Positions 49,888 through 60,239 of a stretch of DNA of 64,000 nt are shown in pieces. The position numbers and the translations under genes were made by a program. Numbering within the stretch: position 1 is the first letter of the stretch; each line of letters starts with the position of its first letter. Below the pieces are notes generated by a model, which did not search any database, was not told the origin of the DNA, and worked only from the letters and a program-made list of their open reading frames with translations. Origin of the DNA: Spirochaetia bacterium (lineage in GTDB: Bacteria; Spirochaetota; Spirochaetia; SZUA-6; Bin103); assembly GCA_965203905.1 (NCBI GenBank), contig CBDBDQ010000005.1, positions 5,472,001 through 5,536,000 on the forward strand. Reading direction: 5' to 3'.

Positions 49888-51527
49888 GGCTCGACCAGCA
49901 CCAGCCGGAAGCCGAGCACCGGCGTGCACCACGGCGCCGGCTGCGAGCCACGGGTATGCACCTTGACGACGCGTGGATCGGAGGTGAACGAGCCGCCGCG
50001 GACGACGCGACGGGTGCCGATCAGGAACCGTACATTTGTCTGGTAATCGGTGACGAAGTCACGAGCCAGCAGGTAGCGGGTGGGCGAGTACCAGTCGGCG
50101 GTCCACTCCCACACGCTGCCGAGCATGTCGCGCAGCCCGTAGCCGTTGGGTGGCGACTGTCCCACCGGCAGGAGGCCCGCTTCCGGGGCTCCCAGGTGGC
50201 CGGCGGGCGGCTCGGAGCCGCGCGGGAAGGGTGCTCCCTCCAGCCCGCCACGCGCCGCGTACTCCCACTCCGGCTCGAACGGCAGCCGCACCAGCCAGCG
50301 GCCGCCTCCCGGTGCCGGCGGCAGCTGCTCGCCAAGCCAGGCCGCGAATGCCTCGGCGGCAAAGGCGGAGAGGTACACTACCGGCTCGTCCTCGCGGCCC
50401 GCCGGGGGGCGGCCGTCGTCCCAGTCGGCCAGGTAGTCCTCGGCTACCAGGCCGCGCGCCGCCAGTGCTGCCCGGTTGGCGGGAGCCCACTCGGGCACGG
50501 CCGCCAGGAAACGTGCGTACGCCTCCTTCGTGACCTCGCGTTCCTGCATGTAGAACGGGCCCAGTGCCACCGCGTGGGGCCACGCCGCGAACGGCAGCGC
50601 GGGATCGGAGAGCTCCGCGAGGCGAACGGAATCTCCCATCACGTAGCCGCCTCCGGGGATGCGATGGAACACCATGCCCGCAGCTTCGATTACCGGAGCC
50701 GGGGGAGTGGCCGGCGAGGTGGCTGCCGCCGCAGCGTTGCTCGCCCTGCGGTGATGGCGGACCGCGGCGTCGTACCAGGGGGTGGCGACCAGTTCGCCTG
50801 AGGCGCGGGCCGGAAGCAGTGCGGCGAACCACAAGGGCAGTCCGGGATACTCGCCGTCGAGCCGCGCCAGGTCGCGCAGCAGGCGCTGCAGTCCCGGCGG
50901 GGAGAGGGGGCTGCCGCCCGCGCTGAGCTGGCCGTGGGCCGCGATGAGAGCCGCCAGCCCCGCCTGGTCTTCGATCAGCAACATGGCGTTGTGCAGGAAG
51001 CTGCGTGCCAGTTCCGGAGGCAGCCCGGGGGTCGCGAGGTCGGCGGCGGCGTCGGTGATGATGCGCGCGATGGCGGGGCTCTGCGCCAGGTCGAGCAGCG
51101 CGGCTCGCGCCAGGGCCGGGGGTTCCTCGATCCGAAGCGCCAGATGATGGCTCGCGCGGCGCGGGAACGGCCAGCTCAGGAGCAGCCGGCCGCCTACCTC
51201 GAGCTGTTCTTCCCGGGGCTGAAAGTGTTCCTTCGACAGGAGCACGGTGCGCCGGCCCGCGGCTACGCGCGTGGTCACCGGCGTGGTACCGGCGAAACGG
51301 CCGTCGAGGTACACCGCGGCACCCGGCGGAGAGGACGAGAAGGTGATCAGCGAGCCGTTGAAACGCAGACCGGGATATACCGCCACCAGGAACAGCAGCG
51401 CCAGGAGCGCAGCACCGTAGAGCAGGGTGAGATAGGTGCCGGGAGCTACGCCGGCGATGGGCCGCAGGCGAACCGCGTGGTCCGCTGGCGCGGGGCCGTG
51501 AAGCGGCCGGTTGCGCTGGTCTGCCAT
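49884..51527 (-). CDS. Membrane protein with PEGA domain and FGE-sulfatase (SUMF1/GldK-like) domain
   Basis: TM helix; SSPPGAAVYLDG..GTTP (PEGA); RLPFEPEWEYAARG, PNGYGLRDMLGSVWEW, RGGSF, GFR. Confidence 0.88.
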   Translation of the reverse strand: MADQRNRPLHGPAPADHAVRLRPIAGVAPGTYLTLLYGAALLALLFLVAVYPGLRFNGSLITFSSSPPGAAVYLDGRFAGTTPVTTRVAAGRRTVLLSKEHFQPREEQLEVGGRLLLSWPFPRRASHHLALRIEEPPALARAALLDLAQSPAIARIITDAAADLATPGLPPELARSFLHNAMLLIEDQAGLAALIAAHGQLSAGGSPLSPPGLQRLLRDLARLDGEYPGLPLWFAALLPARASGELVATPWYDAAVRHHRRASNAAAAATSPATPPAPVIEAAGMVFHRIPGGGYVMGDSVRLAELSDPALPFAAWPHAVALGPFYMQEREVTKEAYARFLAAVPEWAPANRAALAARGLVAEDYLADWDDGRPPAGREDEPVVYLSAFAAEAFAAWLGEQLPPAPGGGRWLVRLPFEPEWEYAARGGLEGAPFPRGSEPPAGHLGAPEAGLLPVGQSPPNGYGLRDMLGSVWEWTADWYSPTRYLLARDFVTDYQTNVRFLIGTRRVVRGGSFTSDPRVVKVHTRGSQPAPWCTPVLGFRLVLVEP

Positions 51528-51667
51528 GGAAGGCGAGCATAGGGGTTTTGCTGGAACGCCGACAACCGCCTGGACGCGCCCGCCGCGGCTCGCCGCAAGC
51601 GCGTGGTACTGCATTTGCCGGCCAAGGACGTTGCCGAGTCCGGGGCGGTTCGACTACTCTCGGTCGC

Positions 51668-52693
51668 GTGGATGGCAAGTCGCGCCAGCGGCAGGTCCGC
51701 GGTCGCGCGCGTGGATGGCAGCGTTGGCAAACCGGGGTGGTCGGCGTCACCGAGCGCTACCTGTCGTGGCGGCGGCGGCGGCGTATCCGTCGCAAGATAC
51801 GGCAGCAACGCAAGAACCCGATACTGGACTGGGCCGAGGCGATCGGGTCCGCCATCCTCATCGTGCTGCTGATCAACCAGTTCCTGCTGCAGGCGTACCG
51901 CATTCCCTCCGAGTCGATGGTGCCCACCCTGTTGGTGGGGGACCGCATCTTCGTCAACAAGGTGATCTTCGGCCCCGAACTGGTGCCGGGCGCGGTGAAG
52001 CTGCCCAGTCCGCGGACTCCGCGCCGCGGCGAGGTGATCATTTTCGAGAATCCCACCTACGCGCCGGTGGGTCCGCTGATGGACCTGCTGCAGCGCGTCA
52101 TCTACATGGCCACGCTGTCGATCGTCAACATCGACACCGACGAGCAGGGACGGCCGCGTGCCCACTTCCTGATAAAACGCGCCATCGGCATGCCCGGCGA
52201 CCGCATCCGCCTGCAGGATGGCAGCGTTGAGATCAAGGTCGGCGGGGCCGGACCGTGGATGCCGGAACGGGAACTGATGCAGCAGCTCGGCCTGCCCTAC
52301 AGTGTGTCACGCCTGTTTCCGGAGGAACGCTATCCGGACCTGCGCCGGGCCGCGGTCGCCCGCGTGCGAGCCGCGGCCGGGATGGCCGTGTCGGCCGCCG
52401 ACCGGGCGGCGGTGGAGCGCATCCGCCAGGTGCGCTGGCTCGACTACAGCTACTCGAACACCTGGATCGTACGGGCCCGCTACGAGCTCGATCCTCACAA
52501 CCACTCCCTGGGACGCGATTGGAGCCGTTTGCAGCATGGCTGGCTGGTTCCCTCCGACACCTTCATGCCGATGGGCGACAACCGCGACGATTCGCGCGAC
52601 AGCCGCGACTTCGGCCCGGTGCCGTTGCGCAAGGTGCTCGGCCGCGGGCTGTTCCACTACTGGCCGCCGTCGCGCTGGGGCGCGGTGCGCTGA
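51668..52693 (+). CDS. lepB: Signal peptidase I (start uncertain)
   Basis: IPSESMVPTL (catalytic Ser), LIKRAIGMPGD (catalytic Lys), MGDNRDDSRDSR. Confidence 0.93.
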   Translation: MDGKSRQRQVRGRARGWQRWQTGVVGVTERYLSWRRRRRIRRKIRQQRKNPILDWAEAIGSAILIVLLINQFLLQAYRIPSESMVPTLLVGDRIFVNKVIFGPELVPGAVKLPSPRTPRRGEVIIFENPTYAPVGPLMDLLQRVIYMATLSIVNIDTDEQGRPRAHFLIKRAIGMPGDRIRLQDGSVEIKVGGAGPWMPERELMQQLGLPYSVSRLFPEERYPDLRRAAVARVRAAAGMAVSAADRAAVERIRQVRWLDYSYSNTWIVRARYELDPHNHSLGRDWSRLQHGWLVPSDTFMPMGDNRDDSRDSRDFGPVPLRKVLGRGLFHYWPPSRWGAVR

Positions 52694-52715
52694 CCCGTAC
52701 TCCGAGGGCGAGGCA

Positions 52716-53984
52716 CTGACCCGCCTGCCCGAACCCGGCCCGGCTCACCAGCATCGCGTCCAGACCGGTCCCGCCCCCGTGGCGTACTACGTGCACGTGC
52801 CGTTCTGTGCTGCGCATTGCTGGTACTGCGACTACCCGATACTGGTGGGAAACCTGGACCTGGCCCGGCCGCTGGTGGGCGCGCTGCTGGCCGAAGCACG
52901 CGCACTGCGTGCCGCGATGCCGGAGCGAGCGGTGGCGGCGTTGTACCTCGGCGGCGGCACCCCCAGCCGGCTGCCGCGGCCGCAGTTGTGGCGCCTGCTG
53001 GCGGGGCTGGCCGCAGCGCTGGTGGCGGACGGCGCCGGCGGCAAGGTCCCGGAGTGGACCCTGGAGGCGAACCCGGAGGACCTGGACGAGGAGTTGCTGC
53101 AGTTGTGCGGAGCGGCCGGAGTCAACCGTTTGTCGGTGGGCGCCCAGACGTTCGAAGACCGGCTGCTGCAGCGACTGGGACGCCGCTGCGACGGCCGCAC
53201 GCTCAGCGCCCGACTGGAGCTGCTGGCGCGGCACTGGCACGGCCGGCTCAACGTCGACCTGCTGGCGGGCGTACCGGGCCAGCGGCCGGCGGCGGTGACC
53301 GGGGCGGTGGACCGGCTTGCGGCCATGGGGATCGATCACGTGACCCTGCTGCAGTTGGAGGACCCGCCACCGGGCGGCCCGCTGCCGGCGGCCGACGCGG
53401 ACGCGTTGTGGCTGGCCGGCCGCGAACGGCTCGGTCGCCACGGCTACCGCCAGTACGAGGTGACCCACTTCGGCCGCCATGGCGACCGCTCGCGGTACCT
53501 GCGGCACGCATCGTTGCTGCGGCCGGTGGCCGGCATCGGGCCGGGAGCCGCCGGCACCCTGCCGGTGGCCGTGGGTGCCGCCGTCTACCGGGTGCCGCCG
53601 CCCACGGCCGCCGGCGCCTTGCACGTGGGGCACGCCGCGGAGATTGCACCCTACCTCGCCGCCAGCGGCCGGGACTGGGGTGCCGCCGTGACGGCGCCCA
53701 CGGCCACGGAGTTGCTCGGTGAGTTTCTGCTGCAAGGATTGCGCCTGGCCGAGGGAGTGGAAGCCGGTCCGCCCTGGTTCTCGCCTCCCCCCAGGGACTT
53801 GCTGGCGCCGTTGTGGGAGCGGTGGGCGCAACGCGGCCTGGCGCTGCCGTCGGGCCGGCGCCTGGCGCTGACGGCGCGCGGGCGCCTGCAGCTCGATCGC
53901 CTGGCGGCGCAGGCGCTGGCGCACGTCGGTGCGGCGCGGGACGCGGCCGTGCTTACCGCGGCTTGGCCCGACGGTGACGGCTGA
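52716..53984 (+). CDS. hemW: Radical SAM HemN/HemW family protein (start uncertain)
   Basis: YVHVPFCAAHCWYCD, YLGGGTPS, EANPED, NRLSVGAQTF, QYEVTHF. Confidence 0.8.
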   Translation: MTRLPEPGPAHQHRVQTGPAPVAYYVHVPFCAAHCWYCDYPILVGNLDLARPLVGALLAEARALRAAMPERAVAALYLGGGTPSRLPRPQLWRLLAGLAAALVADGAGGKVPEWTLEANPEDLDEELLQLCGAAGVNRLSVGAQTFEDRLLQRLGRRCDGRTLSARLELLARHWHGRLNVDLLAGVPGQRPAAVTGAVDRLAAMGIDHVTLLQLEDPPPGGPLPAADADALWLAGRERLGRHGYRQYEVTHFGRHGDRSRYLRHASLLRPVAGIGPGAAGTLPVAVGAAVYRVPPPTAAGALHVGHAAEIAPYLAASGRDWGAAVTAPTATELLGEFLLQGLRLAEGVEAGPPWFSPPPRDLLAPLWERWAQRGLALPSGRRLALTARGRLQLDRLAAQALAHVGAARDAAVLTAAWPDGDG

Positions 53985-54000
53985 TCGCGGCTGCGCACGC

Positions 54001-55281
54001 CTATCCGGCGCGGGCGGTGAAGCGCCGCTCCCCGCGGCCCAGGGGCAGCAGCGCCAGGGTGCCGACCACGACGAAACCGATGGCGATCCAGGCTACCAGG
54101 GGTGCCCCCGCCTGGCTGGCGACGCGGATCCCGATGGTGGCGCCGAGGATCATGCGCATGCCGGTGGCGAAGGTGTGCACCGACATGTAGGCCGCGGTGC
54201 GGTCGCGATCGGCAAAGCGGGTGACCCACAGGTTCCAGGCGAGCAGACCGCCCGCACTGAACGCTCCCATGAGTGCCGAGCCGATCAACACCGCCGGTAC
54301 GCTGTGAAACTGGAAGAACAGCGCAATGCCGGCCACCGTGAACAGGTTCAGGGCTACCCGCACTGCCACGAAGTTGTAACGGTCGAACAGGTTGGCCCAT
54401 ATCGGTGTGAACAGCAGGCGCATGATGTCCGGCACCGTGCCGGCGATGAACGCGACCTGCACCGCCGGCAGGTCGAACCCGTACTGCGGCTCGGTGAGAT
54501 ACAGGATCCGCAACGGCGCCACCAGCAGGCTGCCGAAGCCGAACAGGAACCAGGCACCCACCGTCAGACCGAACGTGCGATCGCGCCACAACAGGGCAAG
54601 CGCCGCCAGCGGTGAAATCGCGGCGGCGGCCGGAGCGCGCCGCCGCCAGCGGCGCACCGGCACGAACAGCAGAGCGCCGGCGGCGAGCAGGTTGGCGCCG
54701 CCGTAAGCTGCCACCACCCAGCGGTAGCCGGCCGCGGACTGTTCCAGGATGGCGCCGCCGGCCACGTGGAACAGTGCCGAGCCCAGCATGGCCAACACCA
54801 GCCCCACGGCCAACAGCCGGCCGCGCAGGCGGGCGGGGTAGTTCTCCTTGATGATGGAGGTGTAGAGGGGCAGCGTGACGGCCCCGGTGGCGGCAGCGGG
54901 GATCAGCCACAGCACATGCCAGGTGAGGGAACTCGCGAGCGCCGAACCGCCGAATCCGAGCGCTGCCAGGGCCAGCGCCGCCGCCGCCACCACATTGCGC
55001 CGCAGCGGAATGCGTGCCAGGTAGGAGACGACCAGCAACGCGGCGACCAGGCCGAAGGCCTGCGGCAGCGAGACCAGGGTCTTGACCGTGTCGCCGGCGG
55101 CGAAGTGGCGCACCACGATCAACAGGAAGAACGTCTTGGGGCCGGTCTCGAGGACGCCGAAGGCGAAACTGCGAATCGAATCGAACAGCAGCGTCCGCCG
55201 GGCCAGGGGAGGCACCCGCCTGCCGCGCGCCGGCCGGCCGCGGGCGGGACCGCCACCGGCGGCAGATACGGGCGAACCCAT
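54001..55281 (-). CDS. MFS transporter
   Basis: About 12 hydrophobic segments; YPARLRGR and WANLFDR loop motifs. Confidence 0.8.
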   Translation of the reverse strand: MGSPVSAAGGGPARGRPARGRRVPPLARRTLLFDSIRSFAFGVLETGPKTFFLLIVVRHFAAGDTVKTLVSLPQAFGLVAALLVVSYLARIPLRRNVVAAAALALAALGFGGSALASSLTWHVLWLIPAAATGAVTLPLYTSIIKENYPARLRGRLLAVGLVLAMLGSALFHVAGGAILEQSAAGYRWVVAAYGGANLLAAGALLFVPVRRWRRRAPAAAAISPLAALALLWRDRTFGLTVGAWFLFGFGSLLVAPLRILYLTEPQYGFDLPAVQVAFIAGTVPDIMRLLFTPIWANLFDRYNFVAVRVALNLFTVAGIALFFQFHSVPAVLIGSALMGAFSAGGLLAWNLWVTRFADRDRTAAYMSVHTFATGMRMILGATIGIRVASQAGAPLVAWIAIGFVVVGTLALLPLGRGERRFTARAG

Positions 55282-55408
55282 GTTCGGGTTGCAGTGTACT
55301 GTGCGTCCGGCCCCTGCGCCAGATGCCGCTGGCGGCTGCTGTGCGGCTGGCCAGCGTTGACGTCCGGCAATGCGGCCTGCTACTGTGAGGCGGGGGGAGT
55401 GCAAGCTA

Positions 55409-56158
55409 TTGTCCGGCCACAGTAAATGGCATTCGATCCGGCACAAGAAGGGCGCCACGGACGCCAAGCGCGGCAAGATGTTCACCAAGCTGATCAAGGA
55501 GATCACCGTAGCCGCGCGCCTCGGCGGGGGAGATTCCGACGCCAATCCGCGCCTGCGTACCGCGGTCATTAAGGCCCGCGACGCCAACATGCCGCGTGAC
55601 AACATCGACCGTGCCATCAAGAAGGGCACCGGCGGCGGCGAGGGTACCGACTTTCAGGAGCTGCTCTACGAGGCCTACGGACCGGGTGGGGTGGCCTTGC
55701 TCATCGAGGTCATGACCGACAACAAGAACCGGTCGGCGGCCGAGATTCGCAACATCCTCACCAAGGGGGGCGGTAATCTCGGAGAGTCGGGATCCGTATC
55801 TTATCTCTTTTCTCGTAAAGGTATTATAGCATTTCCTTCCGAGCGTTACAACGAAGACCAGATCATGGAGGTGGTGCTGGAGGGCGGCGCCGAGGACGTG
55901 TCCGCCGACTCCGATACCATCGAGGTGCTCACCGAACCGGAGGACTTTCATGCCACCCTCGACGTGGTGGGCCAGGCCGGCCTGGAGCACGCCATGGCCG
56001 AGATATCGTGGGTCGCCGAGGCCAGCATCCCCTTGCAGGGGGGCAAGGCGCAGAGTGCCGTACGGCTCATCGAGACCCTGGAAGACCACGACGACGTGCA
56101 ACAGGTGTCCACCAACATGGAGGCGCCGGAGCAGGTTGCCGTCGCAGAGTCGTCGTAG
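55409..56158 (+). CDS. yebC: YebC/PmpR family protein
   Basis: TTG start, SGHSKWHSIRHKK, YEAYGPGG, TDNKNR, DDVQQVSTN. Confidence 0.96.
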   Translation: MSGHSKWHSIRHKKGATDAKRGKMFTKLIKEITVAARLGGGDSDANPRLRTAVIKARDANMPRDNIDRAIKKGTGGGEGTDFQELLYEAYGPGGVALLIEVMTDNKNRSAAEIRNILTKGGGNLGESGSVSYLFSRKGIIAFPSERYNEDQIMEVVLEGGAEDVSADSDTIEVLTEPEDFHATLDVVGQAGLEHAMAEISWVAEASIPLQGGKAQSAVRLIETLEDHDDVQQVSTNMEAPEQVAVAESS

Positions 56159-56224
56159 CGGCGAGCCGCGCGGCTCCAGGCGGCCGTATGCCGAGTGGCA
56201 TGAGGCCGCGGGGATAGGTCCGGC

Positions 56225-56734
56225 GTGAACGTGGTACTGGGAATCGATCCCGGCCTGGCTGCGACCGGCTACGGCGTGCTGGAGGTCCGGGGCAGCCGGG
56301 TACGGAGGATCGCCTCCGGCGTGATCCGCACGCCCGCCGGGGCCGAGCATGGCAGCCGCCTGCTCTCCCTGAGCGAACGGCTGCGTGCCCTCGTCACCGA
56401 GTATCGGCCTGACGAGGCGGCCATCGAGGAGTTGTTCTTCTCCAAGAACGTCCGCTCCGCACTTCCCGTGGCTCAGGCCCGGGGAGTGATCATCCTGGTG
56501 CTGACACAGTGCGGCGTCGCCTGTAGCGAGTACTCACCCGGAACGGTGAAGCTGGCGGTGGCGGGCCACAGTCGGGCGCCGAAGGGACAGATTGTCCGCT
56601 CGGTTCGCCTGGTGTTGGGGCTCGACGAAGAGCCTGGCAGCGACCACAGCGCCGACGCGCTCGCGGTCGCCCTCTGTCACGTACAGCATGCGCCGGTGCG
56701 GGCCGCGGTCGCCCGCGCCGGCGCGGCTCGCTAG
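56225..56734 (+). CDS. ruvC: Holliday junction resolvase
   Basis: LGIDPG, AIEELFF, QARGV, ADALAVALCH. Confidence 0.96.
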   Translation: MNVVLGIDPGLAATGYGVLEVRGSRVRRIASGVIRTPAGAEHGSRLLSLSERLRALVTEYRPDEAAIEELFFSKNVRSALPVAQARGVIILVLTQCGVACSEYSPGTVKLAVAGHSRAPKGQIVRSVRLVLGLDEEPGSDHSADALAVALCHVQHAPVRAAVARAGAAR

Positions 56735-56740
56735 CAGCCG

Positions 56741-57388
56741 ATGTGGAACAGTGTCAGCGGGCGCCTGACCCACAAGGGGATCGAAGTCGCACATGTCCTG
56801 ACCGGCGGTCTGGAGTGGGAGCTGCACACTTCCGCGCGCAGCCTGGAGGCGCTGCCGGCGCCGGGCGAAGACGTTACCATGTACACCTATCTGTACCACC
56901 GCGACGATCAGATGCGGCTGTACGGCTTCGCCAGCCGGGCGGAACGCAACCTGTTCCTCGATCTGCTGCGGGTCGACGGCGTAGGACCGCGGCTGGTGAT
57001 CCGCATTCTCTCGGGGATCGACGCCAACGAACTGGTGCAGGCGCTGGAGGGGAACGACCTGGTGCGCCTGGTGCAGATTCCCGGGCTGGGCAACAAGACG
57101 GCGCAGAAGATGGTGCTCGCCCTGCAGGGCAAGCTCACCATGCCGCCGGCGAGCTCGTCGGCGGCGCCGGGACTGGAGGCCGACATCACGGCGGCGCTCA
57201 CCGGGATGGGCTTCGGCCGCCGCGAGGCGCGGGACGCGGTACGCGCCGTCCTCCGGGAGACCGCGGAGTTCGCCGGCAGCGGCGCCGAACGCGAGCAGGA
57301 AGTGCTGCGGCGGGCGGTGGCGCGCCTCAGCTCGCTGACCAGCGAGCGGGCCGCGCCCGGCGCCGACCCGGGCCGCGGCAGTGGCTGA
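56741..57388 (+). CDS. ruvA: Holliday junction branch migration protein
   Basis: LYGF, VDGVGP, IPGLGNKTA HhH motifs. Confidence 0.95.
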   Translation: MWNSVSGRLTHKGIEVAHVLTGGLEWELHTSARSLEALPAPGEDVTMYTYLYHRDDQMRLYGFASRAERNLFLDLLRVDGVGPRLVIRILSGIDANELVQALEGNDLVRLVQIPGLGNKTAQKMVLALQGKLTMPPASSSAAPGLEADITAALTGMGFGRREARDAVRAVLRETAEFAGSGAEREQEVLRRAVARLSSLTSERAAPGADPGRGSG

Positions 57389-58424
57389 CCGCACGGTCGG
57401 CGGCGACTACCTGCCGGAGACGGATGCCGACGAGGCGAGTCTGCGGCCGGTACGGCTGGGCGACTTCATTGGCCAGGAGCGCCTGTGCGAGAACCTCGGC
57501 GTGTTCATCACCGCCGCGCGCGGGCGGCGCGAGAGCCTGGATCACGTGTTCTTCAGCGGTCCGCCGGGACTCGGCAAGACCACCCTGGCCGCCATCATCG
57601 CCAATGAGATGGGGGTGGAGTTGCACTCCACCTCCGCACCCGCCCTGGAGAAAACCGGCGACCTGGTCGCGATCCTGACCCAGACCGGCGCCCACAACGT
57701 GTTCTTCATCGACGAGATCCATCGCCTGCGGCCACCGATCGAGGAATTGCTGTACACCGCCATGGAGGACAACGAGATCGACGTCGTGGTGGGACAGGGC
57801 CCCGGTGCCCGCTCCATCAAGATCCCGCTGCCGCCGTTCACCCTGGTCGGCGCCACTACCAAGACCGGGCTGGTGTCGGGCCCGCTGTACTCCCGCTTCG
57901 GCATTACCATGCGCCTCGATTTCTACGAGCCGCCCGAAATCGCGGCCATCGTGCGCCGCTCGGCCGGGATCCTGCAGGTGGAGCTGGACGGTGGCGCGGT
58001 GAAGCGGCTGGCGCAGTGCTCCCGCGGCACGCCGCGGGTCGCCAACCGGCTGGTGCGGCGCATGCGCGACTTCGCCCAGGTATGGGGCGACGGCACCATT
58101 TCACCGCAGATCGTGAAGCGCGGTCTGGAGGCGCTGGAGGTGGACGACTACGGGCTGGACAAGCTGGACCGCGAGATCCTCGACACCATCATCTCCAAGT
58201 ACGACGGCGGGCCGGTGGGATCGGAGACCCTGGCCATCTCCATCAGCGAGGCGGTCGATACCCTGGAGGATGTCTACGAGCCCTACCTGATTCAGCGCGG
58301 CTTCCTGCAGCGTACCGCGCGCGGCCGCGTGGTGACGCGGCTGGCCTACGAGCACCTCGGCTATCCGCCGCCCGGCGGCGGGTCCCGCGACGACGGCGAT
58401 GGAGACCAGCAGGTTCTGTTTTGA
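57381..58424 (+). CDS. ruvB: Holliday junction branch migration ATPase
   Basis: LRP..FIGQ, GPPGLGKTTLA, FIDEIHRL, RGTPRVANRL, EPYLIQ. Confidence 0.97.
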   Translation: MADRTVGGDYLPETDADEASLRPVRLGDFIGQERLCENLGVFITAARGRRESLDHVFFSGPPGLGKTTLAAIIANEMGVELHSTSAPALEKTGDLVAILTQTGAHNVFFIDEIHRLRPPIEELLYTAMEDNEIDVVVGQGPGARSIKIPLPPFTLVGATTKTGLVSGPLYSRFGITMRLDFYEPPEIAAIVRRSAGILQVELDGGAVKRLAQCSRGTPRVANRLVRRMRDFAQVWGDGTISPQIVKRGLEALEVDDYGLDKLDREILDTIISKYDGGPVGSETLAISISEAVDTLEDVYEPYLIQRGFLQRTARGRVVTRLAYEHLGYPPPGGGSRDDGDGDQQVLF

Positions 58425-59421
58425 GCTGCCGCCGGAGTTGATCGCGCAGCGTCCGCCGGCGCAGCGCAGCGCGGCCCGCCTCATGCTGCTGGAGCGCGCG
58501 GGCGGAACGCTGCAGCACCTGGGGGTGCGCGACCTGCCGGGGCTGCTGCAGGCGGGGACGGTGCTGGTGCTGAACGACACCCGGGTGTTGCATGCGCGCC
58601 TGATCGGGCACTTGCCGGGAGGCCGCCCGGTGCCGTTCCTGCTGCTGGAAGCGACCGCCGGAGGCGCCTGCTGGACCGCGCTGGCACCCGGCGCGCGCCG
58701 CCTGCCGCGCGCCGCCGGGCGCCTGTCCTTCCCCGGGGGAGTCGCTGCCACGCTGGCCGCGGGAGTCCGCGGAACGGTGCGGCTCACCTTCACCGCCCCG
58801 GTCGACGCAGCCTATCTGGAGCGGCACGGCGCCGTGCCGCTGCCGCCGTACATCCGGCGTGGCCCCGACCGCGCCGACGCCGACCGCTACCAGACCGTGT
58901 ACGCGACCACCCCCGGGTCGGTCGCCGCTCCCACCGCCGGACTCCACTTCACCCCTCTCCTGCTGCGGCAACTGGAGCGGGCGGGGGTGATCGTGGTGCG
59001 GGTCACGCTGCACGTCGGCGCCGGCACCTTCGTGCCCATCCGTACCGCCCGCGTGGAGGAGCACACCATGCACCGGGAACGCTTCGTGGTCCCGGAGTCC
59101 ACCGCCCGGGCGGTGGCGGCGGCGCGCCGCGAAGGACGCCCGGTGATGGCGGTCGGCACCACCGTAGTCCGCACCCTGGAGTCGGCCTGGGACGGCGCTT
59201 CTGTACGCGCCGGCGCCGCCGACACCGACCTGTTCATCTACCCGGGATATCGCTTCCAGGTGGTGGATCAGCTCCTGACCAACTTCCACACTCCCGGCTC
59301 GACGCTGCTGGCCATGGTCAGTGCCCTGGCCGGCGAACGCCTCATCCGCACCGCCTACGCCACGGCCATCGCCCACCGCTACCGCTTCTTCTCCTACGGC
59401 GACGCCATGCTGATCCGCTGA
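58399..59421 (+). CDS. queA: SAM:tRNA ribosyltransferase-isomerase
   Basis: LIAQRP, PLPPYI, YQTVYA, AAPTAGLHFT, TNFHTP, YRFFSYGDAM. Confidence 0.97.
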   Translation: METSRFCFELPPELIAQRPPAQRSAARLMLLERAGGTLQHLGVRDLPGLLQAGTVLVLNDTRVLHARLIGHLPGGRPVPFLLLEATAGGACWTALAPGARRLPRAAGRLSFPGGVAATLAAGVRGTVRLTFTAPVDAAYLERHGAVPLPPYIRRGPDRADADRYQTVYATTPGSVAAPTAGLHFTPLLLRQLERAGVIVVRVTLHVGAGTFVPIRTARVEEHTMHRERFVVPESTARAVAAARREGRPVMAVGTTVVRTLESAWDGASVRAGAADTDLFIYPGYRFQVVDQLLTNFHTPGSTLLAMVSALAGERLIRTAYATAIAHRYRFFSYGDAMLIR

Positions 59422-59529
59422 CGCCGCACGCCGGCGCCCGCGTCGGCTGCCGCCTTGGGCGCCCTGGGCGCCGCGGGGCGCTGGGCAGGCTGCGCACGGT
59501 GGCGTACCATGGGCCCACCGTGGCTCGGT

Positions 59530-60159
59530 TCAGCCGCGTCCCTGCAGGTGATGCCAGATGCGCGCGAACACCGCGTCTCGTGAGCCGCTGCCGTCGACCC
59601 GACCTACGGTCATCCCGTGGTCCGCGAACTGGCGCAGCACGGCAAGGTACCGTTGGCGCAGCCGTTGCTGCAGGGGCAGTTCCTCGAACAGCTCGCGCCG
59701 TTGCCGGGCCGCCATCCGCTGCTGGCATTGCTCCGGCGGCGTATCGACGAAAATCAGGTGGCGGGGCAGGGGGAAGCGCCCGTTGAGTGCGGCGACGTAG
59801 GCGGCGGAGCAACCGAGTGACTGGTACACGAGACTTGAGAACAGGTAACGGTCGCAGACCACGTAGCCGCCTGCCTGCAGCCTCGGCACGATGCCGTCGG
59901 GCGCATACAGGTGCTCGCTGCGGTCGGCGGCGAACAGCAGCGCCAATGTGCAGGGGGTCATCCGGAGTTCGCCCCGCAGCGCGGAGCGAAGCAGTCTGCC
60001 GATCGGCCCCCCGGTGGGTTCGCGAGTGGCGTGACAGCGTTCTCCGCGGCGTTGCAGGGCTTCCATCAGCAGCCCCGACTGGGTGGTGGTGCCGGCGCCG
60101 TCAAGGCCTTCCAGCACCACGAACCGGTCCAGGATTCCGCCTTCCCACGAGGTCGCCAT
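59530..60159 (-). CDS. tmk: Thymidylate kinase
   Basis: EGLDGAGTTTQ, TREPT, LFAADR, DRYLFSSLVYQ. Confidence 0.94.
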   Translation of the reverse strand: MATSWEGGILDRFVVLEGLDGAGTTTQSGLLMEALQRRGERCHATREPTGGPIGRLLRSALRGELRMTPCTLALLFAADRSEHLYAPDGIVPRLQAGGYVVCDRYLFSSLVYQSLGCSAAYVAALNGRFPLPRHLIFVDTPPEQCQQRMAARQRRELFEELPLQQRLRQRYLAVLRQFADHGMTVGRVDGSGSRDAVFARIWHHLQGRG

Positions 60160-60239
60160 GTACGTGTCCCCGCAGTGTATACCACGGGGGGCGGTGGCGG
60201 GGTACGGCGCCGCGATGGCCGCGGCCGCGGGGAGCTTCC

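Noticed and set aside
49884-51527. FGE-sulfatase (CLec-fold) gene as a diversity-generating retroelement target
   Set aside because: No reverse transcriptase or template repeat in the window, and the gene lies in housekeeping synteny with smpB.
59425-59525. GC-rich hairpins between queA and tmk, and a similar one at ~10985-11045
   Set aside because: No U tract and no recurring family was seen; expected at this GC content.
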